Shown in pieces: positions 1 through 13,300 of a stretch of DNA of 64,000 nucleotides. Under the pieces are notes generated by a model. It saw nothing but the letters and a program-made list of their open reading frames with translations, had not been told where the DNA came from and ran no database searches. How positions within the stretch are numbered: the stretch's first letter is position 1; every line of letters starts with the position of its first letter. Source of the stretch: Marsupella aquatica (Eukaryota; Plantae; Marchantiophyta); the NCBI GenBank assembly GCA_973895155.1, contig OZ316892.1, forward strand, positions 30,931,802 to 30,995,801, read 5' to 3'. A program made the translations under genes and the position numbers.

Positions 1-41
1 GCACCCAACCCGGATTTAAGGCCCAGGTTAGGGGTGCGACA
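1..41 (+). mobile_element. 3' end of an A-family gypsy LTR (copy A2) inserted into the protease of element D
   Basis: 1-41 (..aacccggatttaaggcccaggttaggggtgcgaCA) closely matches the A LTR end at ~20665-20703 and interrupts the D gag-PR frame right after VDGGSSVNIMTEETA. Confidence 0.8.
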
Positions 42-2861
42 AGCGGTCTCTTCTGTCATAATATTTACACTTGATCCACCGTCAACTGGTACGTCTGATA
101 ATACACAACTCAAGATTTGAGCTTCTATCTCTGGTGGTCCCTTATCATCCCATTCAATTCGCATAGCCTCGACTGAAGGTAACTTTCTTTTCCTCCTTTT
201 GCCGGTGAGCAAGGTTCTTAATTGCTTTTTATAGGTAGGGTTGTCTTGCAGTAATTCCCCAACTGTAATATTTGTCGGTTGATTCTTCACTACTTCTACA
301 ATATTGTAACCTTCTGGCTTAGTGGTTATTGGTGTATTAACTGTTTGGTCAGAGTTCTTTCCTTCTTTAAGATTAGCTTCCTTTTCCACTGCAATGGGTA
401 TTTCCTCAGTTAACTCGTGTAACTGAGCCTTAATTTCTTCTGATATGTCTGGTTGAAAATATTTTGGATCATACCTGTCGTAAGCTGGGTCATCCTCCTT
501 AGGAATACCTTCTTCCGCTGGAATTCTTGACTTGCCCTTCCTCTTGGATGATTTCTTACTCTTGGGGTCCTCTTCTTTATGCTTCTTCCCTTGATGAGAC
601 TTAGACCTTGTGGTAGCATAAGTTTTCAGAATTTGGTCTCTTTCCTGAATTCGTTTATTAGGCATCCCAATGACATTTTCTTGCACCAAGTGTTCTAAGT
701 CGATATCTACAATGGTTCCTGACAATGGTTGGGTGTAGATATTATGCACTTCTGTTTCTTCCTCTGTACTTGTTTCAATAGTTACACGTCCACACTGGTC
801 GGTATCTTCTTGACTGTATATCATCCTGACTTCCTCTGGTCGGGGAGCTTCCTTCACAGGTTCCTTAGCAAATCTCACCATCATCTTAGGCTTAGGTGGG
901 TTCAGACATTCCACAGGGAGGTGACCTTCTTTTCCACAATTTCCGCAAATGGGAGTATATCCCACTTCTCTCTTTGGATACGGACAGTCTGGTGAGTAAT
1001 GTCCTAATTGGCCACAATTGTAACAAGTACCTCGTTCTCTTGGTACCCCTCTGGGCGGATATCCTCCGGGTGGTCCCATTGGTGGTCGTGGTGTTGGCCG
1101 GTTAAAAGAAGACGGTCCGGGTGCTTTTGGTTGAGCCCAAGTGGTAGGAGTTGTAGGGGGTGGAAAATATTGTCCCGCAAATGGTGCTTGAACTGCATAT
1201 ATATCTCCATAATCCATCATTTCTGCTTCCTCTCCAAAATTTACAGCACGCTGTAAAGTGGGGCACTCATGATGATAATGCCCTTGGTTATTACAACGGG
1301 TACACCAAACATTATTCCGAATAGTGGGAGGAATTTTCCGAGGTGGTTTAAGCACAGCAGCATTAACAGAGAGCTTAGTTAATTTACTAGTTAAGGAATC
1401 CATCATTTTATCCAGATTTTTAGCTTTTTGAGGGACTGTACTTTTTTGCATTCTTTTCTTCTTAGCAGCATCCACCTCCTCAGAACTTGAATCAGAACTG
1501 GTACTGCTACTAGAACTCGAGTCACTACTCGTTTCTTCAGTACTGGTGGTGTCACTTCCATCAGTTTCAGAGCTTGAGGAGGACTTAGACTTTGTTTTAT
1601 TTTTCTTTTTATTTTTCTTTTTATCTTTCCTTTTATTTTTCTTTAGATCCTTCTTTACTCGTTTCTTCTTTGAAACCTCTGAGTCTACATATTTTTGGGC
1701 GGCTTCTTGTGCCTCCTCAAAAGTGGTACCACCTTCCCTTCTTACGTACCTTGCAATACGGGATGGTAATCCATTGATAAACCAATCTCGTGTGGTAGAT
1801 TTTGCCGTGTTAGGATTATACTTATCCACCAGATCAAGTAACTTGTCTGCATATTTCCTCACTGAACCATGTTTCTTCATAGTTAGCTGAGAAATCCTTG
1901 CAAAGGCCCTTGCTTCAACTCCATCCTCTTTATATTTGTCTAGAAAGGCTGTTTTAGTTTTCCCCCAATCATTTTTATCTGGAAATCTGTCATACCATTT
2001 CTGGGCATTTTTCTTTAATAATCCTCCAAAAATGGTGGCCTTCTCAGCGTCTTGAGTTTGTCCATTGGAGGTAGCTGTAGCTTCAAATTCCTTTAAAAAT
2101 GTCTCAGCATCTTCTTTAGATGTCCCTTTGAAGGTGTCATAGTGAATATTATTCCTGGCCATTTGAATTCTTCTTATTGGAGGAGGTACTGGGTTAACCC
2201 TGGCCGATCCACCAGTCTGTTGGGATCCTGTGCTAAGAATTGGCCCTTGGGATGTCAGAGGTAAATGAGAAATTAGTGAAATAGTAGTGCTGGTTGAACT
2301 TGCAGCACTGGTATTGCCACTGAAATTTCCTAACCCAATCAGCTTGGAATAAAGTTCGGTTGTGAGAGGGGGTAGTTCTTCTAATCCGAATGCTTCACCA
2401 GAGTTAGTCTGCAAAGGGGTAAGGGAATCATAATCCAAAGTCAGAGAGTTAGTTCGTTGGGTTTCTCCTTCGATTACACTTCCATGTCGTGAAGTCCTGG
2501 AATCATTAATGCCAATGGTTTGAAATGAGGGTGTGCCTTCATATTCACCCAGACTTCTTGATCTACTCAATGATTTGACAATATCTGCTCCCTTCTTCTT
2601 TGCTTTTACCGGTACATATTGCACATCTCTCGAACGTAATTTATACACCACTGGTCGACTGGTTGCAGGTTTATTCACGGTTCCTTCTGCTGCACTCTGT
2701 TGGATGAGCGTAACTCTTTCCGCTACACTCCCAGGTGATGGAAAATTGGGTGATTGGAAATCTTGGAGTAATTCTCGAGGCTTAAGCGACTCTTGCGATG
2801 ATTCTGATGCTGATTTTTCTTCGCGTCGTGACTTCCAATTGCGCTTCCCTTTGTCAGTCAT
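42..2861 (-). CDS. gag: Gag-protease of element D, interrupted in the protease
   Basis: Manual translation (absent from the ORF track because it runs off the window): MTDKGKR...IHYDTFKGTSKEDAETFLKEF, a K/S-rich tract, three zinc knuckles (CTRCNNQGHYHHEC, CYNCGQLGHYSPDC, CGNCGKEGHLPVEC) and protease VDGGSSVNIM. Colinear with B Gag. Confidence 0.85.
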
Positions 2862-3383
2862 TCCTCATTCTGAAAGGCATTTTCTTTGGAAGAGAGTTGG
2901 CGGGTGTGATTGCTTGAAGGTCCTCCTTCTCAAGAGACAACTTCAATGGTCACATCGTTTTGTCATGTCTCTACTCCATGCCCTTCCAGGTTTGCTCGAT
3001 CCATGGCCAGTATGCCCCTTCGGTTGACACCTCTCTGCATCCGGCGTCCGCAATGGTCGCGTTGTTTCATAGAGTTGTTGACGGGGTGCGACTCTTCTTT
3101 GTGTCCCGTATACTCGTCAACACGTATACCCGTAAGCGCATGAACTCCTATACTCGTAAACTCGTAGAGTCGACTGTAACTCGTAAAGTAGTAATCGTCA
3201 CGACGCTTACTCATAACTCGTAAGGGTTAACCCGCAATGCCTTATCCCTTTGTATCTTGGTGATTCCTTAATAACAAAGTACCCCGTCCACTTCTGATTT
3301 CTCAATGTTTGGCTAACCTTACTTTATCTGAGTCCCCTATTTTGTCTTTGCATCAATGTTCTAGCTAAGTCTTGTATAGAAAT

Positions 3384-3569
3384 TGTTAAATTATGAAATA
3401 TATATACACCAACAAAAGATGATTGAATTTCTCTTAAGTCAATGTGACTTATTATATGTTGTACATTGGGGTAGTTGTAACTACCCTCTCCTAGTCTTGT
3501 GTCTCTTTATATCTAGGTATTGCATACCTCTTTGTATCATATGGACTAAGGGTTAAATATATTCTAACA
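3384..3569 (-). repeat. 3' LTR of copia E
   Basis: Direct repeat of 8753-8938; adjacent to the PPT (ctcccccttgg on +). Confidence 0.95.
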
Positions 3570-3923
3570 CTCCCCCTTGGTTACTTTATGTTTCTTAAAG
3601 TAGCCATTTTGGAAATAAATTTAAGCCTAGTTCTGAATATAATGGAAAAACTCATTGGGGTATGACCTCATTAAAAACCCCCTGCTTTCTTCTGGGGTAA
3701 AAAGAGTGTCACTACCTTACATGTAATGAGTTAAAACTAGTAAGAAAGGAGTGTAATCATGTATGGCTAAATTTAAACGAGTGTTTGATAGGATGTGTCG
3801 AAGTGTTCGAGTATGGAGAACATACGTTCAGTAGAATATGCATAGAACAAAGGAAGTATCGTGGGGAAACATAGTGTTGTCAAGTCGCAATGGAATAAGA
3901 AGTTTATGGAAGAGGTGGGGAAG

Positions 3924-6900
3924 TCAGATTGCAGTGAAGTCCGATAATCTACGGAGTCCTATTCCAGTCGAATGCGCTTCGTGGAGAATGCGAGGTAAGG
4001 GCTTCGTAAAAAGGTCAGCGCGATTATCTTTAGAAGGTATCCATTGAACATTGATTTGGTCCCCGTGCTGTTCATGTGTGTGGAAAAATTTGGGGGCAAT
4101 ATGTTTGATTCGGTCGCCCTTGATGAAGCCCTTAACTATCTGGTCAACACAAGGCTTGTTATCCTCGTAGATGATAGTAGGCTTGGTAAGAATTGCATGG
4201 CCTGTAGATGACTGGATGTGATTGATAAGTTGTCGAAGCCACAGGCATTCTCGGCTGGCTTCGTATAGTGCTATGATTTCCGCATGGTTGGAGGATGTGG
4301 TCGTCAAAGTTTGCTTGGTACTTTTCCAGGATATGGCTGTATGTCCTTGTAGAAATACATATCCCGTCTGGGATTTCGCATCATCAGGGTCCGTAAGGTA
4401 ACCTGCATCTGCATAACCAATTAATTCGTTAGACACATCTTTAGGGTAATAGAGGCCAGTATCGATTGTACCTTGAAGGTAGCGCAGTATCCTCTTAATG
4501 CCATTCCAATGTCTAATAGTCGGTTGGGAGCTGTGGCGAGCAAGCAAGTGGACAGCAAAAGAAATGTCTGGGTGGGTTTGATTCGCCAGGTACATCAAGG
4601 CTCCTATAGCAGAGAGGTAAGGTTTCTCTGGGCCCAAGATTGGTTCGTGTTCGGTCCTGCGCTTATACATATCTCTGGATGTGTCTGAAGCCATAGGTGT
4701 CGTGACTGGATAGCTTTTGTCCATGTTGAATTGTTTTAATAGTTTTCTGGTATATGTAGATTGATGAATAAGAATACCGTTGGATAAATGTTCGAATTGA
4801 ATGCCAATACAAAATAGGGGTTGACCAATATCCTTCATTTCGAATATGCTCTTAAGTGTGGTAATGGTTTGATCCATAATGAGTTTAGTACCCATGAGGT
4901 TAATGTCGTCGACATATATGGCTATGATTATAAATTCAGTGCCATGTCTTTTGATAAAAAGGCAAGGGGCAATGTCCTCATTCACGAAACCAAGTGCAAG
5001 CATCTCTGCACAGAAACGTTTATACCAGATGCGGCCACTCTGCTTTAAACCATAGAGTGACCTAAGAACCTGTACAGCAAATGCTTTCTCTGGTTTCTTG
5101 GTTTTATTGATTCTGTGGTGAACAGGATTTACCTCAGCGAGTAAGTCAGTATAATTCAATGGTGAATCCGCTGACTGTTCACCATTAGCAATTTGCTGGG
5201 CCTTTTTATTTTGGACCGCTGATGAGTCATGTATTTCAGCATGTATCATCTGGCCTGAGTGAATGAGATGGTCCTTAAAGTCCTGTGTAGGGACAATCTT
5301 ATCAATACCCGACTTTAGGTCCGGGGTTGGGGAGGTTGTATGCTCCCCCTTAATGTGGAAAATTACCCTCTGAATTAATTCAGGTGGAGCTTGCATTTGT
5401 ATGTCAGTATCAAGTATACCGTAAAGGTAAGCAGTTACCACGTCCATAAGATGCATACGAATTTGATGTGTGAGGGCAAAAGCAATCAGATATCGGTAGG
5501 TAATGGAGTCCATGACCGGTGAATGAGTAAGGTCGTAATCTTTGCCATATATTTGCGTGTAGCCTCTAGCCACAAGTCTGGCTTTGTAGCGGATTACTTC
5601 ACCTGCGGCATTATGTTTGCGTATCAATATAATCCTATACCCAGTTAGGTGTTGTGCAGCAGGGACGATTCGGAGTTCTCCAAAAACTTGGCGAGATATC
5701 AGAGAATCAAGCTCGGAGTTAATAGCAGAGTTCCATTTGGGCCAGTCTGGTCGTTGTTGTGCTTCTTTAATTGTCCGAGGTTCGGGTAAATCTTTAGTTA
5801 TATCCTGGGATATAAGAAAAGCAAAATGCTCATCTAGTTCAGTTAAATTTCGATGCCATAAATGTCCAGTATGCATATAGTGGATGGATATTTCTTCATT
5901 GTCATCCTGTATAATTGGTGGTAATTGTAAGGATAAATGTGTTGATACAGGTGTCTTCTGCCGTGGTCTAGAGTCTTTGGAACCTGAAGGTCTGCCTCGC
6001 TTAGCCTTGGGAGCGAGGTCTGTGGCTCGTGTATCTGGTATATGAATTCTCGTAGGAGTATTGGCTGCATCTATATGTGATTTCGTTAAATTTGTAGCAT
6101 CATTAAATGCGTCAGGTATTTTCTCCATAATTTGATGGAGATTTAGAATGCGTTTCACTTCATCGTTTGTCAATTGAGTACGAGGATCATTCCAGAATGG
6201 ATCCTTTGTTGTCCATTCTAATGTGTGTGTTGAGACAGGCTGTTTGGAGAGTTGTGTTGGAGTTAGAAGTGTTGGGAAGATGTCTTCACAGAATTTACAG
6301 TCCTAGTATCAAGCTCGAAACACATCAGCAGTGGTGGGTTCGAGATACCTTATTATCGAGGGAGAGTCGTAGCCAACATAGATGCCACGTCGACGCTGTG
6401 GTCCCATCTTGGTGTGCTTGGGGCCAAGAATGGGTACTAGAACAAGGTAGCCAAACACTTTCAGGTGTGTAATATCTGGTATAGAGCCATATGCTAGTTG
6501 GTGTGGTGTGTAAATATTAAAAGCCGATGGTCTATATCGCAGTAGTGCAGTGCCATGGAGTATAGCATGTCCCCAGGCTGTAAGTGGGAGTTGTGTCTGT
6601 AATAGCATAGGTCTTGAGATCATCTGTAAATGTTTTATTAATGCCTCTACAGTACCATTCTAGAAATGTACATATGGTACTGAGTATTGGATTGTGATGC
6701 CCAGGACTTGACAGAAGTCATCAAATGCTGGTGATGTAAATTCGCCAGCATTATCAATTCGAATTATTTTGGTAGGAGAGTCAGGGAATTGAGTGCGAAG
6801 ACGTATAAGCTGTGTTAGCAGTCTGGCAAAGACAAGGTTTCTTGTGGAAATTAAAGAAACAGAGGACCATTTGGTGGAGGAGCATATCATTACTAGGAAA

Positions 6901-8594
6901 AACCTAAATGGTCCACTCGGTGGATCAATAGGTCCGCAGACGTCCACATTGATCTATGAAAGGAAGTCAGGGATTTGATAGGTGTTCTTAGTGGAAGCTG
7001 GATGAGTGATAAATTTGCCTTGTGCACAGGGGATGCAAGTGTCTAACTTCGTGGATGGGTGTACTCCTTTTGGTATGCCAATGGTGTTCTTCATAATTTT
7101 ATGGTACATCCCTGGGCCTGGGTGGCCGAGGCGGATATGCCATAATTCTGTTGGGGATAATTGTTGTCGTTGGGAATTGTAAGACATGATCTTAGTGGCA
7201 TAAACGCCGGGGGGATGGAGTGGTAATGTCTCTAGTGTGATGGGGCCATTATCAGTTTCTCGAAAAATCTGTAGAGAGTTTATGTGGTTGTCGGGTGCAG
7301 AGCGTATATGGAGATTGTTTTGACGGACATCATGGAAACTTAGTAAGTTCCGTGTCGCGAGTGGGGCATATATGGCAGATGCAATTTTAATGGTTGTGCC
7401 TTGAGGGAGGGTAAGTTGGGCAGGTCCATGGCCTTCCTCTAATTGGTTTATACCTGTGATAGTAGTCACAGGTCTATTTGATGGGTATATGTGCTGGAAA
7501 TAACATTTGTCTTTTAGGATTGAGTGAGAAGTGCCGCTGTCAAGAATGCAAATATCAGCACCGGCGAGAGATGTGTCATTTACTTCATGTGATATTATAT
7601 GAACCTCTGATGGGGGAGGTGTAAGCGTGTATTTGGAGAGATCGTCATCGATCTCCAAGTGATGTGCGGCTGTTAAGGTGTTGGATGTTGTGAGGGAGGC
7701 CTGGTATAGTTTGACTAGGTGAGCTTGAACTCTGCAATTCTTTTGGATATGCCCTGGCCCACCGCAACGGAAACACTTGGGCTGATTATTTGTGGGATAA
7801 CTCTGTGCAGGTTTATTTGGCATTTGATTGGGGTTACGATACCAAGAATTCATGGGGGGCTTGAAGTTTTTGCCTTTGTCTGTGCAAAATTGTTGTCTCT
7901 TGTGGAATTTATTAAAACGACTTGGATTGCCTTTAAATTGGCCACGAGGTCGGTTGTAAGAGGAATTACCTCTATTGGTATTCATGAATTGTATTTCCGG
8001 TTTAGGAAGCGTGCCTGGTGGTCACTCGCGAGAGTTCTTCAAAAGGAGGAGGTCATTCTTTTCAGCCAGGAGCATGACTGCAATCAAATCTGAGAATTGG
8101 GTGAAATGGCGTTGTCTATAAATCTGCGATAACTGCATGTTTGCTGCTGAGAATGTAGAAAGAGTCTTTTCGATCTTTGCTGCTTCATCAATTGGTTCGC
8201 CGCAGGCTGCTAGCTGAGCAGTGATCCGAAATAAGGCGCTATTGAATTTGGCAATTGTAGGGTAGTCTAGAACTCGTAAATGAATCCATTCATTTCGTGC
8301 AGCTGGTAGGGAAATTAGACGCAGATGGTCAAACCTCAATTTGAGAGCGTCCCATAGGGCTCGGGGATTAAACTCTGTAAGGTATTCAAGTTGTAGTTCG
8401 GCAGCGAGGTGATGGCGAATGATATATAGTGCCTGAGCCTTTTGTTGTAATGTGCCATTGATATCTGCTAAGATAATGTCGCCGAGGCCTTTCATGTTGA
8501 GAACAATTTCTGTATTCTGTGCCCAAGATAAATAATTGTCGCCATCTATTGCGAGCAATGGGAATTGGAGCTTCTCCAATGTTGTCATAGTCAA
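3924..8594 (-). pseudogene. Copia gag-pol polyprotein with in-frame nonsense codons
   Basis: ORFs 8022-8594, 6954-7985, 6660-6947, 6309-6623 and 3924-6173 share one frame. Motifs: CFRCGGPGHIQKNC, ILDSGT, WHIRLGH, DVCGPI, IRIDNAGEF, YKARLVARG, SLYGLKQSGR, YVDD, ADLFTK. Confidence 0.92.
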
Positions 8595-8740
8595 TGAAAA
8601 TTTTGTGGTGTACTTGGTGAAAGAAAAGAAAATGTGTCTCGGGGAATTTCGTTCGATGCTTCGTTCACAAGAAAAATAGGAAAAAAAAATTCACAAGAGG
8701 CCTATGAGTAGCTCGAGAGTTGTTGGAGGAGCAAAATCAT

Positions 8741-8752
8741 GTGCTGATAACG
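8741..8752 (-). promoter_or_regulatory. Primer binding site of E (internal/half tRNA-iMet type, typical of Bianca)
   Basis: CGTTATCAGCAC immediately follows the 5' LTR on the minus strand. Confidence 0.8.
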
Positions 8753-8938
8753 TGTTAAATTATGAAATATATATACACCAACAAAAGATGATTGAATTTC
8801 TCTTAAGTCAATGTGACTTATTATATGTTGTACATTGGGGTAGTTGTAACTACCCTCTCCTAGTCTTGTGTCTCTTTGTATCTAGGTATTGCATACCTCT
8901 TTGTATCATATGGACTAAGGGTTAAATATATTCTAACA
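8753..8938 (-). repeat. 5' LTR of copia E
   Basis: Direct repeat of 3384-3569. Confidence 0.95.
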
Positions 8939-9280
8939 GAAATCACTACATATTCCTCCCTGGTAATTCTTCCATTTAGCCTTAAAATAACCAAATGTAG
9001 ATTTACTCCTTCCCACCAAGTAATAGATAGCCAATGCATCCCTCTTCTCCCTCTTAGAGATAACACCCAAGTTTGTACATACCTATTATGTAAATTTCTC
9101 ACTCTAAGGGACCCTAATGATCTGATAGGTGGCATTTGGAGTTACTTCATCTATAATTACTTAGTGTTAAAAATCTATCAAATATTCCTCTATCATCCTT
9201 AATTGAACCATTGGTTCATAATTATTCACTGCATTCTCAATGCTGTCAATATGATCAGTCCAAGGGAATTCAAGTAGGTG

Positions 9281-10039
9281 TCACTTATTTAATTTATTTT
9301 CAATTCCCCCTTCCTCTTCCTTGGTCAAAAATAAATATTCTTGCTTATGCTTCCTTAACAAAAAATCAAGGTCAAATTCCTCCGGTATAGGTTGGAGCTT
9401 GAATCCTTCCAAACCTTTTCTCTTCAACACCACCAAATTCACCACTTTGCAGGAGGAGGGTAGATCCTTAATCCATTTAAATGAATATTCTCTAAATGAA
9501 CTGTGCCTTCTTTTAACAAGGATCCATCCTTCTTTATTAAGCCACTTTAGGGACCCTATTAATGCTCTTCTATTAGGGGTCATTACCGGTTTCTCCAAAT
9601 CTAATAAGACATTTGAATTTTGATAAAACTCATTAAGAGCTTGGTCTAGATTTTCCCTCCATCTAGGATTGTTCTTCAAAATCTCCAGTGCCTTATCCAA
9701 TTCTTGCTCAATTTTACCTTCCAAAACTTCCTCCTCTATACAGGTATGACTTAATATTTCTGGAATGGTAACTTGGTCAAAATATTCATCCCAGGTTCCT
9801 TCCTCCAGATGTAATTTCCCATTTTCACAACTCTTAAAAATCAGGAGGCTATTAAGGAATACATTTGTATCAAATGAGTTTACCTCAACCAGGCCTAAAC
9901 TCCAATAATAACTTCCCTCTGTCCTCCTTAAAATTTTTGCTCTTCCTCCTTGACAAGTACTTTTGACAACATAAGTTTGTCTTTCCCTCAATTTAATCTG
10001 TGCTCTTTCTTTCTTTTGAGGTCGGCTTTTCCTTACCAT
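9281..10039 (-). CDS. Extra ORF of unknown function (252 aa) in the 5' leader of element D
   Basis: Uninterrupted ATG ORF between the D PBS and gag, in the element's sense, preceded by a 65-aa ORF (10067-10264). No recognisable motif. Confidence 0.5.
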   Translation of the reverse strand: MVRKSRPQKKERAQIKLRERQTYVVKSTCQGGRAKILRRTEGSYYWSLGLVEVNSFDTNVFLNSLLIFKSCENGKLHLEEGTWDEYFDQVTIPEILSHTCIEEEVLEGKIEQELDKALEILKNNPRWRENLDQALNEFYQNSNVLLDLEKPVMTPNRRALIGSLKWLNKEGWILVKRRHSSFREYSFKWIKDLPSSCKVVNLVVLKRKGLEGFKLQPIPEEFDLDFLLRKHKQEYLFLTKEEEGGIENKLNK

Positions 10040-10329
10040 AACTTGAGAATACTCCCTCTTCCTCTTCTAAGCACCACTTAATCTTTCTCTCTTGGCCTTA
10101 GCCTTCTTCCTTCTTTCCAGGATTATGGAGAGGTTTTCTTCTTCAACTCTTTCCCTAAATACAACTGGTGCATTTTCCACCGTGTAAGGTCGAATCTCTA
10201 GCCTTGGAATGGCCCATTCTCCAGTGGGATCCATGATAACAATTATCAATGTGTTTTGTTCCAAAACCTTACAAATTCAATCCTTCATTTGGCATTCCCT
10301 GCCTGTACTTCAAATCAACCTTGATTTGT

Positions 10330-10347
10330 TCCCCGGCAGCGGCGCCA
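10330..10347 (-). promoter_or_regulatory. PBS of D, complementary to the tRNA-Asp 3' end (Athila type)
   Basis: TGGCGCCGCTGCCGGGGA on the minus strand, 9 nt from the LTR end. Confidence 0.85.
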
Positions 10348-10356
10348 AAAATCTCA

Positions 10357-13300
10357 TGTAGTTTGCTATGAAGAACCAAAAACAATTTAAAGGTCTTCAA
10401 ACTCGGTATTCGTTCCCGTAAAGAACAAGATGGGGTTGATTTGATACATAAAAACACAAATGAGAGTTTAAGAACTCTCTTTAACACATAGTAATCAGAA
10501 TTGATTACTTTACTAAGGTATTTTGAAGATCGCTCCCCAGCGGTGAGTGGTTTTCAATGACAACTCAGCATCATGTAACCATAAATTAATGAAAAGGAAA
10601 TGATTAACAAAACACAAGGAAAAATATCTCAAAGTATGCTAAGGGAGTCTGGAATAGACCAAGGTTACTCCTTAGACATAAGTCAAAATGAAAAGACTTA
10701 AGGTTTCAAATCCATATTGTTTTTCAGATCTAAATTGCTTACTAGAGTACCTTTTAAAATGCCGTCAACATGTCTTATCCTTTCTTTCTAAGTGGTACTC
10801 AGATAAGATCTAAAAGGTAGTTACTTCAACATTTAGATGGTACTAAGCAACATGAAAGAAAATCCATCACTTTCAAATAAGACTTAAACTCAGTGAGTTA
10901 ACTCCAAGAACTCAGGAGATTGTAATGAGTCACCCAAAGAGGAATCTGTCATCACAACTCAAAAGATTTACACAACTGGAATTTTACTTCCCATGATTTA
11001 TTCAAAGGATTAAATCACAAGGAGGAAAGTCTTCTCCTGGTGTCAAGCTTGATCTCGAACTCTTAACATTCATGATCAACTGGCAGAACACCAAGGAAAG
11101 GCAAAAATTGCTAAACTTTACCATCATCTACACTAGTGGTAGAGGGGTCTTATAGTAAAAATCTACTGAGTGAGAGGTCACAGGGTCGAAGAGACATGCC
11201 TCTTCATACCCCTCAAAATTTTAAAATGGCGATTCAGTAAGTGAAAAGCCGGAAAAATGACTAAGTATGAACTCGTAACTAGTAAACTATTAACTTGTAA
11301 TCGGAAACTAGTAACTCTTAAACTAGTAAAAGCTAAGTCGTAACTCGTAATCGCGGTAAAGTAAAGACTTGATGAATTCAACTATTTTTAACTTCCTAAC
11401 TATAAGTCAGAAAACTCTGAGATTTTGCCAGGAGGTTTTCCTAGGTACAGACTATACACTAAAGAAGTATGACAGCTTCCAAAGCTCTAGAATGCATTTC
11501 TAAAAAATCAGATAAGATGTACTACTCTAAAAACTAACTAAAAGACTTCTTCAAGCTTGCTGTCGGATGTCGTCGGGTTCCAGCAACTCCACAAGGGTAA
11601 CAATTCGGTTCTGAGTAACCTCCATCAGTTCAGCTTGGCGTGGGGATCCTCTGGAGTATGGTAGGCACCTCAGTTGTCTCTCAGGGTACATCAAAGGCAT
11701 TCTCTTCATCAAATAACATGAATCAATACGAAGGGCTTCTCTGTATATCCCGATCACATCATAGTTGTTGCAGGTAGCAGCATATACTTGGGGATAATGG
11801 TACAGGAACTCATCACTACTCATCATCCTGGAATAGAAGGGTCGAAGTCTCCATCTGACATCTCTGAAGTATCGGTTGAATTCAGCTAGAGTCTGAGAAG
11901 TGACATTATTCCAGATCCTCTGTTTCTCAGCCAATGTACTGGTTGAAACAAGGGTAACCTTAGGTCCTTGTGGTATGTAATCGTGTTGTAGAGTAGTAGA
12001 CTTCTTGCTCTGCATCAGGAAGGAAACCACAAAATCCAAGGCATAGGCTGCAAAGTTTCCAAAGTATGCCAGAACTAAGTCTGAATCCTCTACCTCTACA
12101 TCACCTTGGAGTAGCATCATAGCAAGAATAGGCCGAAAGTATATTGAGTCAATCCAGAACTCATCAAATTGTGCCATTTCCACTCTAGAAGTACCAAGAC
12201 ACCTAAGATCGAAGATGTAGCTTGCCTCAGTCTTCTTTAGATAGTAGTATCTCCAGAACTCTCTAACCGGTGGTCTGTTGGCCTGCATTATTTTGCAAGT
12301 GGTGGCATACCTGTGTACTTCTGACTTAGGACGTCTAGGGTACCTGCTTTCGATAGTAGCATTCCGAGGTGTTTGAGTAGATGAAGTGACAACTGCTACT
12401 AAGTCTGGATTGGATCTTAAGGCAGTATCAACATCTTCAAATCCCTGCCTTGGGGATGACTCAAGAGAATTATCATAAGATCTCTAAGTTTCACCATTTG
12501 AGGGTGGATCAGAGTCTTCAGGTAGATCTTTTCTGTCAAAAGGGTGCTCATATTGTGACCGATTGTAGGTGGGTCCTTCTGTGGGTTCGTAGTTGGAATC
12601 AGGGCTGTAAGGTTGCAAACCTGGGCTAGGAGTAGGACTAGCAGTTGGACATTGTTGGATTAAGTTGCGGACCACAGATGCCATCTGTCGAGGTTCACAC
12701 TGTAGTAGTTCTAACAAGTCATCCACAATGGCCACACAGCTGATACTATCTGTTACTGGAATAGGCTCACTTGTTTCTAGGGGAGGGGGGTGTACAGTGA
12801 CAGGAGTACAGATCACAAATTCCATTGGTGCTAGTTCTCTTGGGGGAGAGGTCATTCTGACAGGACTTAGCTGATCATGAAATGGTGATCCCAAACTAAC
12901 AGCCTCCATTCTCAAATTATTAACAGCATCATATAGTCCATCATCACTGCAACTGAGGAGAGATGTCAACTTATCAATAAGCTGCTGATTCGACTCTGCC
13001 TTCAAAGGAGTGGAGGAGTTGGTCCTTAGGTTGACAGTTGCAAGAGCCAGTTCAGCAACGTCGGCTGATTGCTCAGGAGAATCTCTGTCTTCTCCAGCTC
13101 CAGGTTGATCTCTCATATTAACTCTTGGTGAATACACCACGTTATGCAGAGGGTGTCGAACCAGCTCTAAGTTATGAGCAGGTGTCCTATCTAATTCCAT
13201 CTCAGCATCCACATTCTGATCATGAGAATCCAGGGGAACAGCATCCACTGGTTCTTCCATACTTAGGTCTTCTTCAATGCCTAACTCAATCAGGAGCAGC

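Larger units (their letters stand above)
3384..8938 (-). mobile_element. Complete Ty1/copia element E, Bianca lineage
   Basis: Two 186-bp TG...CA LTRs with one mismatch, TSD GAAAT (3379-3383 and 8939-8943), Bianca-type PBS CGTTATCAGCAC, PPT at 3570-3580, domain order gag-PR-INT-RT-RH. Confidence 0.95.

Noticed and set aside
729-3223. Plus-strand ORFs here, and similar short antisense ORFs over the A, B, E, F and G genes
   Set aside because: They are shadows of the real coding frames and have low complexity.
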